A stretch of 64,000 nt of DNA from a virus. Its lineage: Duplodnaviria > Caudoviricetes. Both the position numbers and the translations under genes were made by a program. The stretch's first letter is position 1; every line of letters begins with the position of its first letter. The stretch spans positions 1,279 through 65,278 of the IMG/VR virus record IMGVR_UViG_3300044712_001509. The stretch is one strand, 5' to 3'. Of the stretch, positions 27,363 through 36,144 are shown one piece after another. Under the pieces are notes generated by a model, which saw nothing but the letters and a program-made list of their open reading frames with translations, was not told the origin of the DNA and searched no databases.

Positions 27363-29137
27363 TGGGCATCTTCGCGCGAAAGGTGCGGCTGCGGACGCTG
27401 GGCGCCGGCGACAACCCGGACCAGTTTCCGCTCGCCTCCGACTTCAACGCCATCCTCGACCACACCGAGGGATGGGCGAACGCGAGGCGACACGCCGCGG
27501 GCGATGGCGTCGCCGACGACACGCAGGGCCTCCGGGACGCGAACACGGAGGCCGCGGGGCGCCACCTGATGATCCCGGCGGGGACGCACGTCGTGTCCGA
27601 CGACGTCACGTTCACGTGCCACGTGCAGATGCTCAAGGGCGCCGTGCTGCAGATCGCGAGCGGCAAGACGGTGACCTTCAACGGCGGGTTCTCGGCCGGG
27701 GTCGACCCCGTCTTTTCTGGCGGCGGGACGGTCGTCTTCGCGAGAGCCCACACCACCGTCGGGCACCCGGAGTGGTGGGGGGCGGTTGCTGGCCCGGGCG
27801 ATACCACCACCGCCGAGGCGAACCTTGTCGCGTTCCAGAAGGCGGTCGCGGCCCTTCCCGTGGTGCAACTCCAGGCGGCGGACTACTTCATCAGCAACAC
27901 GCTCGCGATTCCGGTCTCGCACCGAGTGCTGCGCGGCCACTCGCGTCGGTGGGCGCCCACGCTTCCCGCGACGCGACTCATCGTCAAGGGAGGGACCGCC
28001 GACGTGCTGCTCGTGGGCACCGCGGCGGATCCGGGCAGCATCAACGGGTACGTGACGTGTGTCGAGGTCCGCGACCTCGACCTGGCGCGCGATGCCGCCC
28101 CCACGCCGCCACCGATCGGTCAGGACACCTCCGGGCCCGCCGGCATGCGGATCCAGCACGCCCTCCTCACCGTCGTCGAGCGCGTCCAGAGCACGGATAG
28201 CTACCTGGGGTTCATCGCCTACGCGACCGTGAGGACGGCCTTTCGCTACGCGCACGCGAAGCGAGACTCCGCGGGATCCTCGCCGACAAACGACAAGTTC
28301 TATGGCTTCTTCCTCGACGGCACGGCGCCGAACAACGGCGCGGCCGGGGGGAACGCCTCGACGTACCTGACCGACTGCTCGGTCGAGTTGACCATCGGAT
28401 CGCTGAGCGACTCGTACGGTTTCGCGCTCTCGGGCAAGCCGGTGGACACGTTCGTTCTGCGCCCCGAGACGCTGGGCGTCAGCACCGGGATCATCATCAC
28501 CGGGGACTCGAGTCCGTCCGGGAACGTCGACGTGCACATCACGGACGCGATCGTCGACGGGTTCGGATCTCACGGTCTGTACATCTCGGGCGTGGGGAAC
28601 TGGGGCGCCATCGATGTGAAGGGCGGGTACTTCGCGCCATCGGGCGGCGCCTCGACCACGTACGGGATCAGGGTGGTCGGCACGACCGGGATGATCGCGC
28701 TCACGAACAACCAGACGGCCTGCTCGCCGAACAGCCTGTGCATGGGGCTGTACATCGAAGACTCGCAGGGGGTCGTCGCGCGCTCGAACATGCACATGGG
28801 GTCGAACCGCCCGATCATCCTCGACGCCTCCTCGAGTTGCGTGGTCGAGGACATCATCGCGAACCCGGGCCAGACCCCGACCCAGGCCGCCGTGTGCCTC
28901 ATCAACGCGAGCACCAGGAACAGGATCGCCCCCGTGGTCAAGGGCCAGAGCGCCAACAAGTTCCCGCAGGGCGTCAACCTGATGAGCACCGGTAACGAGT
29001 ACAACGAGATCAACTGCACCGGCATCGACCCCGCGGCCATCACCGGGGGCGCCACGGACAAGTTGCACATCAACGGGAGCGCGGTCACCACGACCGGGCT
29101 TTCCGGAACGAACCTCGTCTCCGGGGTGATGGCGTGA
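27362..29137 (+). CDS. Tailspike/depolymerase, pectate-lyase-like beta-helix
   Basis: AAGDGVADDT, PEWWGA, parallel beta-helix pattern; no signal peptide. Confidence 0.75.
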   Translation: MGIFARKVRLRTLGAGDNPDQFPLASDFNAILDHTEGWANARRHAAGDGVADDTQGLRDANTEAAGRHLMIPAGTHVVSDDVTFTCHVQMLKGAVLQIASGKTVTFNGGFSAGVDPVFSGGGTVVFARAHTTVGHPEWWGAVAGPGDTTTAEANLVAFQKAVAALPVVQLQAADYFISNTLAIPVSHRVLRGHSRRWAPTLPATRLIVKGGTADVLLVGTAADPGSINGYVTCVEVRDLDLARDAAPTPPPIGQDTSGPAGMRIQHALLTVVERVQSTDSYLGFIAYATVRTAFRYAHAKRDSAGSSPTNDKFYGFFLDGTAPNNGAAGGNASTYLTDCSVELTIGSLSDSYGFALSGKPVDTFVLRPETLGVSTGIIITGDSSPSGNVDVHITDAIVDGFGSHGLYISGVGNWGAIDVKGGYFAPSGGASTTYGIRVVGTTGMIALTNNQTACSPNSLCMGLYIEDSQGVVARSNMHMGSNRPIILDASSSCVVEDIIANPGQTPTQAAVCLINASTRNRIAPVVKGQSANKFPQGVNLMSTGNEYNEINCTGIDPAAITGGATDKLHINGSAVTTTGLSGTNLVSGVMA

Positions 29138-29195
29138 GGCGCCGCCTCGCCACGCCCCGCTCCTCCGTGCCACGGTTGGTGGTTGGGGATCTGAC

Positions 29196-30317
29196 ATGAC
29201 CACGCTCGCGGAACTGACCACGCCGACCACCGAGGACGCCGAGTTCGCGTCGCTCCTCGCCGTCTTCGCCGCGCGCAACTTCCCGGTCACGACCTGGCGC
29301 GACGGCGATGTCGCGTACACGCTCGCCCGCGCCGACGCGAAGGCGCTCGCCGAGTTCACGACGCTGCGCCAGGCCATCGCCGCGGGGACGCTGCTGCGGT
29401 CTGCACTCGATCTGGGCCTCTCGGACTGGCTCACGCTCCGTGCCGCCGAGGGATTCAACGTGACCCGCAACGCGGCCGTGGCGACGAAGGGCACCGTCCA
29501 CCTCGTTGCCGCGGCCGACGCCGGGCCCTACACGATCACCCCGGGCCAGCTCCGTTTCGCCTCCACGGGGGGGCTCCGGTTCCAGAGCGCGAATACCGCG
29601 AACGTGACGCTGGCGAAGGGCGGGACCCTCGACGTTGCGGTCCAGGCGGAGAGCCCGGGCGCGGCCTACAACGTCGCGAACGGCACGATCGCGACCATGC
29701 TGACGCCGCTCGCCGGCGTGACCTGCTCGAACCCCGACGCGGGGAGCGGGACCTGGATCACGACCTCCGGCGTCGATCAGGAGTCGGACGCCTCGTTGGT
29801 CTCGAGGTGCGAGGCGCGGTGGCCGGAGTCCGGGTTCGGTTCGCCTGGCGCCTCCTACGACCTCTGGGCGCGCACCGCGGACCCGACCATCACCCGGACC
29901 AAGGTGGCCGCCTCGGGCACGGTCGCGGGCCAGGTGGACGTCTTCGTCGCCGGCGTGGCGGGCCCGGTGGGCGCCGGCGCCGTCACGAACGCCCAGGACT
30001 ACATCACGCCGCGGGCGCCTCTCGGGATCGTCCCCGTCGTCTCGAACGTCACCGCGACCGCGCTCTCGATCACCGCGACCCTCTACGGGAAGGCGCAGTA
30101 CCAGGCTGCCGCCACGGCTGCGGCGACCTCGGCGATCCAGGCGCTCGTCGCCGCGACGGCGATCGAGGGGACCGTCTACGGCGCCGCCAAGATCGAGGCC
30201 CTGATGAGCCCAGAGGGCGTCGAGAACGCGGTTATTTCGGTGGGCGGCGGCGACACGGTCCTGACCGCCGGGCACGTCGCCACGCTCACGCTGAGCCTGT
30301 CGTGGAGCAACACCTAG
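29196..30317 (+). CDS. Baseplate J-like wedge protein
   Basis: AESPGAAYNV, GVDQESDASL. Confidence 0.9.
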   Translation: MTTLAELTTPTTEDAEFASLLAVFAARNFPVTTWRDGDVAYTLARADAKALAEFTTLRQAIAAGTLLRSALDLGLSDWLTLRAAEGFNVTRNAAVATKGTVHLVAAADAGPYTITPGQLRFASTGGLRFQSANTANVTLAKGGTLDVAVQAESPGAAYNVANGTIATMLTPLAGVTCSNPDAGSGTWITTSGVDQESDASLVSRCEARWPESGFGSPGASYDLWARTADPTITRTKVAASGTVAGQVDVFVAGVAGPVGAGAVTNAQDYITPRAPLGIVPVVSNVTATALSITATLYGKAQYQAAATAAATSAIQALVAATAIEGTVYGAAKIEALMSPEGVENAVISVGGGDTVLTAGHVATLTLSLSWSNT

Positions 30318-30320
30318 CCC

Positions 30321-31055
30321 ATGCCAAACTTCGAGACGTACCAGAGCGTCGACCTTGCCCCGGGGTGGCTCCGGGACGAGTGGGGAACCGCCCTGCTCGG
30401 CGGACTCGGAGCCCGCAAGGACGCTCACGTCGCGCTGCTCAAGGAGGCGGCGAAGTGCGGGGCCCCGAGCCTATGCCCCGCCGACGCCCTGGGACTGCTC
30501 GGCGCGGAGCGCGGCATCGACCGGGGCCTGACGGAGAGCGAGGCGTCCTACCGGGTCCGCGTGAAGGCAGCCTGGGACATCTGGCGATGGGCGGGAACGC
30601 CCTACGGCCTCCTCGCCGCGTTCTACTGGGCGGGATACCGCCCGACCTCGGGCAAGGTGATCCTGCAGACGCAGGGCGACTCGGTCGCGGGCGGGCACCA
30701 GTACGAGCTCCGCGCCGACTTCGATCCGGCGGTCCACGCGCCCGAGGATGCGGTGGTGGTCACGAGCCTGGGCGTGGTCCACCTCGGCGGAGCGCCGGCT
30801 GAGCTCTGGCAAGACTTCGGCGTCTTCTTCGTGCCACCCCTTCCGACCGCCTGGGACCCGAGCCCGCCCGCCGACGGATCGCTCGAGGTGAACGGCATCC
30901 GCTCGCTCATCACCCGGTGGAAGCCGGGGCACGAGCGGTGCGTGGTGCTCAAGGCGCTGCCCGGCCTCGCATGGGGGATCGGGTCCCACACCTGGGGCGA
31001 CGGCTCGACGTGGGGGCAGGGCGCCTCCGAAACCGTCTGGACCCCGCCCACCTGA
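30321..31055 (+). CDS. Baseplate wedge protein (gpI-like)
   Basis: LGLLGAERGIDR..ESEASYRVRV, GTPYG, WKPGH. Confidence 0.75.
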   Translation: MPNFETYQSVDLAPGWLRDEWGTALLGGLGARKDAHVALLKEAAKCGAPSLCPADALGLLGAERGIDRGLTESEASYRVRVKAAWDIWRWAGTPYGLLAAFYWAGYRPTSGKVILQTQGDSVAGGHQYELRADFDPAVHAPEDAVVVTSLGVVHLGGAPAELWQDFGVFFVPPLPTAWDPSPPADGSLEVNGIRSLITRWKPGHERCVVLKALPGLAWGIGSHTWGDGSTWGQGASETVWTPPT

Positions 31056-31068
31056 TAGGAGCACGACC

Positions 31069-31863
31069 ATGTCGACGACCTACAGCGGCAACCCGGCGAG
31101 CGGCGCGCAGAGCCCCGCGATCCAGATCACGCGCCCCTCGGACGGGGATGCGCTCAACGCGGCCAGCATCAACGCGACGCTGCAGAAGATCGCCGACTAC
31201 ATCGCGTTTCTCCAGGCGCACGTGGCTCTGATCGACGTCGGTCAGAGTTTCACGGCCGCCCAGGCGTTCCTCGACGCCATCCAGCTCAGCAAGTCGGGCG
31301 ACCAGTCGATCTTCAAGTATGGCAGCGGCGCGCTGGAGATCGGTACCCTCATCAACTCGGATCTCGGCTTCAAGACGAACGGCGTCACCAGGGCAGTCCT
31401 TCGCGCGTCGGATGGGCGGATCGGGTCGCTCGCCGATCCGGTTCAGAACCAGGACGCCGACACGATGGCGGCGCGGAACGCGGCGATCACGGCCGGGTTC
31501 AACATCTCGACCGCAGCGATCACCCCGGGATCGAACTGGTCCGGGGCGCAGTCGATCGTCAAGAAGAGCGGTAGGACCGTCACGGTCATCATCTCCGCGA
31601 TGGGAGGCGTCGGCGCCTCGTGGGGTTCCGTCGCCAACGTCCCGGCGGGCTTCCGACCCGGCGCGGACTGGGGATGGCGGTTCCGGGGTGCCATCATCAA
31701 TTACACTGGGCCCGGGCATTCCTACGACGCAGACATCTCGATCGAGTCGAACGGAAACGTTTCCGTGGTGGGGTACGACAGCGGAACCGAGTACGCCCCT
31801 CCGTTCACCATCGCGAACAGCGTCGGCGTCCTCGCCTTCGCGACCTATCTGGCCGAGAACTAG
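31069..31863 (+). CDS. Short tail fibre
   Basis: PSDGDALNAASIN, LADPVQNQDA, ANVPAGFRP. Confidence 0.7.
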   Translation: MSTTYSGNPASGAQSPAIQITRPSDGDALNAASINATLQKIADYIAFLQAHVALIDVGQSFTAAQAFLDAIQLSKSGDQSIFKYGSGALEIGTLINSDLGFKTNGVTRAVLRASDGRIGSLADPVQNQDADTMAARNAAITAGFNISTAAITPGSNWSGAQSIVKKSGRTVTVIISAMGGVGASWGSVANVPAGFRPGADWGWRFRGAIINYTGPGHSYDADISIESNGNVSVVGYDSGTEYAPPFTIANSVGVLAFATYLAEN

Positions 31864-32195
31864 TCCGCGATCGACGCGCACTGCTCCGTCCGGCTGTACT
31901 CGACGGAGATGTCCGGTCCCGTCCACGGGTCGGCTGCGCTGACGCGCGCGTAGTGCACGTAGAACCACCGCGCCGCCTGGCCGTCCACGCGCAGGCACTC
32001 CCAACCGCAGGTCACCTCGACCGCCGGCCCGCCCGGCGGGGCCTCATCGCGGACCGACGGCGCGTCGCACACGACCACTCCGCCGGTGACGCGCGAGACG
32101 GCGGCGGCCTTCGCGGAGAGCCCGCCGTGGACGTACTCGGTGCCACCGCACGCCACCATCGCCATCGCAGCCAGGGTCACGAGCGCCGTCTTCAT
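31860..32195 (-). CDS. Lipoprotein, antisense moron
   Basis: Lipobox-type signal MKTALVTLAAMAMVA-CGG. Confidence 0.65.
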   Translation of the reverse strand: MKTALVTLAAMAMVACGGTEYVHGGLSAKAAAVSRVTGGVVVCDAPSVRDEAPPGGPAVEVTCGWECLRVDGQAARWFYVHYARVSAADPWTGPDISVEYSRTEQCASIAD

Positions 32196-32258
32196 GTACC
32201 CACGCTAGCAGTACACGCGCGGCGCGTGAACCGCACATCCGTCCACGCCGCCCCCGAT

Positions 32259-32582
32259 CTAACCCTTCGGGCGTATCCGCTCTCGTAGGAGGCGGAGTTC
32301 GGCGAGGAGGTGGTCGACGCGGTCGCGGCGGTCAGGGCGGACATCCGGGCGGGGCCCGCGGGCGTCGCCGGGTAGGGCGAGCCACCGCGCCACCGCCGGC
32401 GCGAGCTCGCGCAGTTCATCGAGGAGCGCCAGCGCGCGGGCCTGGGGCTGGGTGAGGACGTTCTCGATGGGGATGGTCGCGCGGGCCTCCGCCGGCGCGC
32501 CGCGAGCGTCGGAGCCGCAGAACCGGCACCGGAGGGCGCCCGCGGCGAGGTCGCGGCCGCAGCAGGGGCACCGGCATGGCAC
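32259..32582 (-). CDS. Zinc-ribbon protein
   Basis: CPCCG...CRFCG; start uncertain. Confidence 0.45.
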   Translation of the reverse strand: MPCRCPCCGRDLAAGALRCRFCGSDARGAPAEARATIPIENVLTQPQARALALLDELRELAPAVARWLALPGDARGPRPDVRPDRRDRVDHLLAELRLLRERIRPKG

Positions 32583-32626
32583 GGGCCCACGGTAGCGAGG
32601 CGGGGGAGTCCGGGCAAGCCCCCGCC

Positions 32627-32661
32627 TTGCCGCGGTCCCCCGACCGTGCAAACCGCGGACG
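32627..32661 (+). promoter_or_regulatory. Putative late promoter, copy 3
   Basis: TTGCCG-N12-CGTGCAAACCGC-N4-G. Confidence 0.65.
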
Positions 32662-32698
32662 TTGGGGCACGTCCTCCGTGCGCCCCGAAAGGAACGCC

Positions 32699-33211
32699 AT
32701 GCGCCGCTTCCCTGGTCTCCTCGCATTCGCGGTCGCCGCCGGCCTCTTCGCGGCCGCCTCGCTCGCCTCCCCTGCCTTCGCCGCCAGCGCGGCCGTCCCC
32801 TCGTCCACGGCGCAGTCCTCCTCGTGGAACCCGAGCCCCTCCGCTGCGACGTTCGCGCCGGACGCGATCACCACCGGCGCGCTGACCTCGGGGAACCTCG
32901 ACACGGGCACGGCCCGCGCGGTCGACTGCGAGGTCCAGAACGGCCCCTCCGCCGGCGCGCGCACCGTCCAGGCGCAGTGCTGGGATCCGACCTTCACCTC
33001 GACCGTGGGCCAGTACCCGACGACCCTCGCCGTCGCGACCGGCCAGACCGGATTCCTGCTCTTCGACCCCGCCGCGCCGGGCACGTCGCAGACGAACGTC
33101 TACGGCTCGTCGATGCTGGTGTACCCGGTCCGGCCGTGCCGCTACCTCACCGTCGGCGCGGCGGCGGCCGCCGGGCCCGCTCGCATCCTCTGCACGCTCC
33201 GGTCGCACTGA
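32699..33211 (+). CDS. Secreted beta-rich protein
   Basis: Signal peptide MRRFPGLLAFAV...SPAFA; 4 Cys; AGGA RBS. Confidence 0.7.
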   Translation: MRRFPGLLAFAVAAGLFAAASLASPAFAASAAVPSSTAQSSSWNPSPSAATFAPDAITTGALTSGNLDTGTARAVDCEVQNGPSAGARTVQAQCWDPTFTSTVGQYPTTLAVATGQTGFLLFDPAAPGTSQTNVYGSSMLVYPVRPCRYLTVGAAAAAGPARILCTLRSH

Positions 33212-33245
33212 GCGGCAAGGGCTGACGCCCGCGCGCCCGGTGGAC

Positions 33246-33280
33246 TTGCCCGGGCGCGCGCGGCGTGCCAACCGCTGACG
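33246..33280 (+). promoter_or_regulatory. Putative late promoter, copy 4 (lysis/fibre operon)
   Basis: TTGCCC-N12-CGTGCCAACCGC-N4-GTG. Confidence 0.7.
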
Positions 33281-33867
33281 TGGACGCCCCGGCCCGCACG
33301 TATCTGCCGATCGAGACGAACCCGGCGAAGCCCGGCGACTACGCGTCCGGGCGGAAGCTGACGCCCGTCGACACGATCGTCCTGCACACGACCGAGGGCG
33401 GGTCGATCGAGGGTGCAACGGAGTGGTGGGACCGCGAGGACGTCGTCGCGTCCGCGCACTTCGTCATCGACGGCAAGCGGATCGTGCAGCGGGTGGCGGA
33501 GGGCGACCGCGCCTACCACTGCGGGAACGCCGCTATGCACCTCCGGTCCATCGGGATCGAGGTCGTCGGGCACTGCGCCGATCCGCGGATGTGGACCCCG
33601 GCGGTGATGGCCCAGCTCGTCGAGCTCTGCGCCTACCTCATCGGGAACCACCCTCGCATCCCGATCCTGCACCAGGCCGGGCCCGGCATCTGCGGGCACT
33701 GCGACGTCCCCGACCCCAAGCACCAAGGGCTCTACGGCGGCGCCTCGCACCACACCGACCCCGGGCGCGGCTTTCCCTGGGACCCGTTCCTCCACGCCCT
33801 GCGCGTCGCGGTGACGCGCACCACCCCGCCCGCGGCCGGGGAGTCCGCCGCGAAGGAGACCCCATGA
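33280..33867 (+). CDS. Endolysin, N-acetylmuramoyl-L-alanine amidase (Amidase_2)
   Basis: IVLHTTEG, SAHFVI, AYHCG, SIGIE, GHCDV, HTDPG..FPW. Confidence 0.92.
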   Translation: MDAPARTYLPIETNPAKPGDYASGRKLTPVDTIVLHTTEGGSIEGATEWWDREDVVASAHFVIDGKRIVQRVAEGDRAYHCGNAAMHLRSIGIEVVGHCADPRMWTPAVMAQLVELCAYLIGNHPRIPILHQAGPGICGHCDVPDPKHQGLYGGASHHTDPGRGFPWDPFLHALRVAVTRTTPPAAGESAAKETP

Positions 33868-34736
33868 CCCCCCTCGTCGCAGTCCTGTTCGGCCCCTCGT
33901 GGAAGACCTCCCTCGCCGGCCTCCTGAGCGGCGCCGCCGTGGCGGCGGTCGCCTTCGCCCAGAAGACGGGCGGCCTCGCCTGGTACGCCATCGCTGGCGC
34001 CCTCGTCCTCGCCGGTCGCCTCCTCGGGGACTCATCGCCGGGACTGAAGGGCGGCGTCCTCGAGCTCCTCCTCGGCTCGGCGCCCACGAGTTCCGCCGTC
34101 GGCGCCCTCACGGCCATCGGGACCGCCGTCTACGGCTTCGCGCAGACCCAGAACGGCCTCGGGTGGGCGGCCGTCGCCGCCGGCGTCGCCGCGGTGCTCC
34201 GCTTCGCCAAGGTTCCGGGCGTGGACCGGCCGCAGCTCGCGGCGGTGCCGAGCGACCCGCCCAAGGGGTTCATCCTCCCCCGCGTCGAGCTCGCGGTCGC
34301 GGTCCTCATCCTCGCCCTCATGGCCGCCGCGTTCCTCGTCCTCCCGAGCCGCGCGCGCGGGCAGGAGACGCAGCCGGCCGCCGCGCCCACCGCGCCCCTC
34401 GCCATCCAGGTCACGCCGGACCTCTCGCTCCGCCTCAACGTCTCCGTGGTCGCGGGGTCCTACGACCTGACCCACCGGGCGTGGCTGGGCCAGGCGCCGA
34501 TCACGGGCCTGTACGCCCTGACGTCGAAGCGGCTCCTCGACGCGGGCGTCGCCGTCGGCGGGTCGCTCGCGTTCGACACCTCCTCGAGGCCGTCCGGCGA
34601 GCTCAACGGCGGCCTCGTCAGCCCCAAGCTCGTGATCTCGCCGGCGCTCGCGCTCCACGGCGCGGTGCTCTACGCGAGGCGGTTCGGCCCCGACGCGGCG
34701 AACCTGCTCCGCATCGCGCCCACGCTCGAGTTCTAG
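33864..34736 (+). CDS. Holin-like protein fused via an internal signal sequence to a predicted outer-membrane beta-domain
   Basis: SWKTSLAG holin-type start, four TM segments, KGFILPRVELAVAVLILAL, C-terminal LRIAPTLEF. Confidence 0.65.
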   Translation: MTPLVAVLFGPSWKTSLAGLLSGAAVAAVAFAQKTGGLAWYAIAGALVLAGRLLGDSSPGLKGGVLELLLGSAPTSSAVGALTAIGTAVYGFAQTQNGLGWAAVAAGVAAVLRFAKVPGVDRPQLAAVPSDPPKGFILPRVELAVAVLILALMAAAFLVLPSRARGQETQPAAAPTAPLAIQVTPDLSLRLNVSVVAGSYDLTHRAWLGQAPITGLYALTSKRLLDAGVAVGGSLAFDTSSRPSGELNGGLVSPKLVISPALALHGAVLYARRFGPDAANLLRIAPTLEF

Positions 34737-34739
34737 GCC

Positions 34740-35072
34740 GTGGACGCCGCCGTCGTCACCACCATCGCCAGCTCGGTTCCGGACTCCGGGGCCGCGGTCG
34801 CCATCGTCTTCGGCGTGCTGGCGGTGCTGGGCGGCGCGTTCGGCTTCCCGTGGTGGTGGGGCCCGGCGTGCAGCCTCGCCCGGGCCGCCTGGCAGGGCCG
34901 GCGTGCGCTTGCGGACGTGAAGGTCGAGCAGGCCCCGGAGCCGATCTCCGACGGCGGCGCCGCCGAGGATCGCCTCATCCGGCCCGCGCCCGCGCCGGCG
35001 CCCCACTACGAGGTGACCGACCCGCTGCGGCCGATCGAGCCCGGCGGCGGGTCGACCGGGGGGATGAGCTGA
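34740..35072 (+). CDS. Single-pass membrane protein in the lysis cassette
   Basis: AVAIVFGVLAVLGGAFGFPWWW. Confidence 0.5.
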   Translation: MDAAVVTTIASSVPDSGAAVAIVFGVLAVLGGAFGFPWWWGPACSLARAAWQGRRALADVKVEQAPEPISDGGAAEDRLIRPAPAPAPHYEVTDPLRPIEPGGGSTGGMS

Positions 35073-35470
35073 TGCCCCGCCTCCTCGCCGCCATCGTCCT
35101 GCTCGCCGGGTGCTCGAGCGCGCGCGTCGCGAGCAGGTCCGAGCTCGACCGCTCGCCGGTCGGGCAGTTCGGGATCGTGCGGCCGCCGCCCATCGGGTGC
35201 TCGGAGACGTCCGGCTCGCCCTGGAACGCCGCGCGGTGGGTCTCGATCTGGGACGGCGACCACGGCTGGGGCTACTGCTCCGTCAACGCCGTCACCCCCG
35301 ACCGCGTGCGGTGCGTCTTCGACCACTGCGAGCGCCTCGAGTCCGGCGCGTGGCGCTGCGGCGCGCCGTCCACCTTCCCCGCCTGGGCGGCGGCGGCTCC
35401 AGGGTCTCACCCCGGGGTCGGTGCGGCGAGTGGGTCGCCGCCGCCCTCTTCCTCCGCGAGGAGCCCATGA
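35072..35470 (+). CDS. Cys-rich lipoprotein
   Basis: MPRLLAAIVLLAG-C lipobox; TGATG coupling. Confidence 0.65.
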   Translation: MPRLLAAIVLLAGCSSARVASRSELDRSPVGQFGIVRPPPIGCSETSGSPWNAARWVSIWDGDHGWGYCSVNAVTPDRVRCVFDHCERLESGAWRCGAPSTFPAWAAAAPGSHPGVGAASGSPPPSSSARSP

Positions 35471-35733
35471 AGTTCAACCCGCGCTCGTTCCTGTTCGGTG
35501 TCCTCGCCGCGATCGTCCCCACCGTCGGCGCGGCCTGGGCGTTCGCCACCCTCGCCGCCGATCACGTCCTGCAGCCCCACCTCGAGGGCGCGAAGGCGCG
35601 CATCGGCGTCATGTGCACGCTCGCGGACGTCCAGAACCGGAAGCTGAAGGCGATCTGCGATCGAACCCAGGCCGCCTGCGACACGTCGATGGACGAGGCG
35701 CTGGTGGCCGCCTGCCACGAGGCCACGAAGTAG
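35467..35733 (+). CDS. Membrane-anchored protein (i-spanin or antiholin candidate)
   Basis: N-terminal TM, helical C-terminus with 4 Cys. Confidence 0.55.
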   Translation: MKFNPRSFLFGVLAAIVPTVGAAWAFATLAADHVLQPHLEGAKARIGVMCTLADVQNRKLKAICDRTQAACDTSMDEALVAACHEATK

Positions 35734-35742
35734 GAGGACACC

Positions 35743-36081
35743 ATGGGCGCAGTCGATCTCCAGGAACTCCACGTCCGCGCGATGCGCGGCACCGCCCAGC
35801 GGCTAGGGCCTCCCGTCGCCGGCAAGGGCTTCACGCTCACGATGGGCGCCGGCGACGCCACCCAGGACCTCGAGGCCGGCGCCGTCTACCGGATCGCCAC
35901 CGGCGCGCAGCCCGCCTTCATCGGCGTCGCCGACCAGGCGACCGCGTCGAATCGCGAGTACCTCGCCGCCAACTCCGAGACGTTCTGGCAGACCCCGGCC
36001 GCCGGGACCGTGACCCTCCACTACCTGCAGGCCGGCACCGCCGGCTCGCTCTACGTCTCGAAGCACGACGACGTCGGCTGA
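35743..36081 (+). CDS. Small beta-sandwich virion protein (spike-base-like), no signal peptide
   Basis: AGGAGG RBS; VYRIAT..PAFIG...YLAANSE...GSLYVS. Confidence 0.55.
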   Translation: MGAVDLQELHVRAMRGTAQRLGPPVAGKGFTLTMGAGDATQDLEAGAVYRIATGAQPAFIGVADQATASNREYLAANSETFWQTPAAGTVTLHYLQAGTAGSLYVSKHDDVG

Positions 36082-36144
36082 CCGCTCACCCGGGCCCACG
36101 GCCCATCCCGCAGGGCGCAAGCCCGGAAGCGAAAGGAGCAGCAC

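Noticed and set aside
20440-31863. T6SS, eCIS or tailocin
   Set aside because: Co-located with capsid, portal and terminases; an ordinary myovirus tail.
34263-34330. A genuine type IV pilin gene
   Set aside because: The motif is internal, the Glu is not at +5, and no pilus assembly genes are present; kept only as a possible processing signal.
35072-35733. Canonical Rz/Rz1 spanin pair
   Set aside because: The lipoprotein precedes the TM protein and no long periplasmic coiled coil is evident; not supportable without structure prediction.
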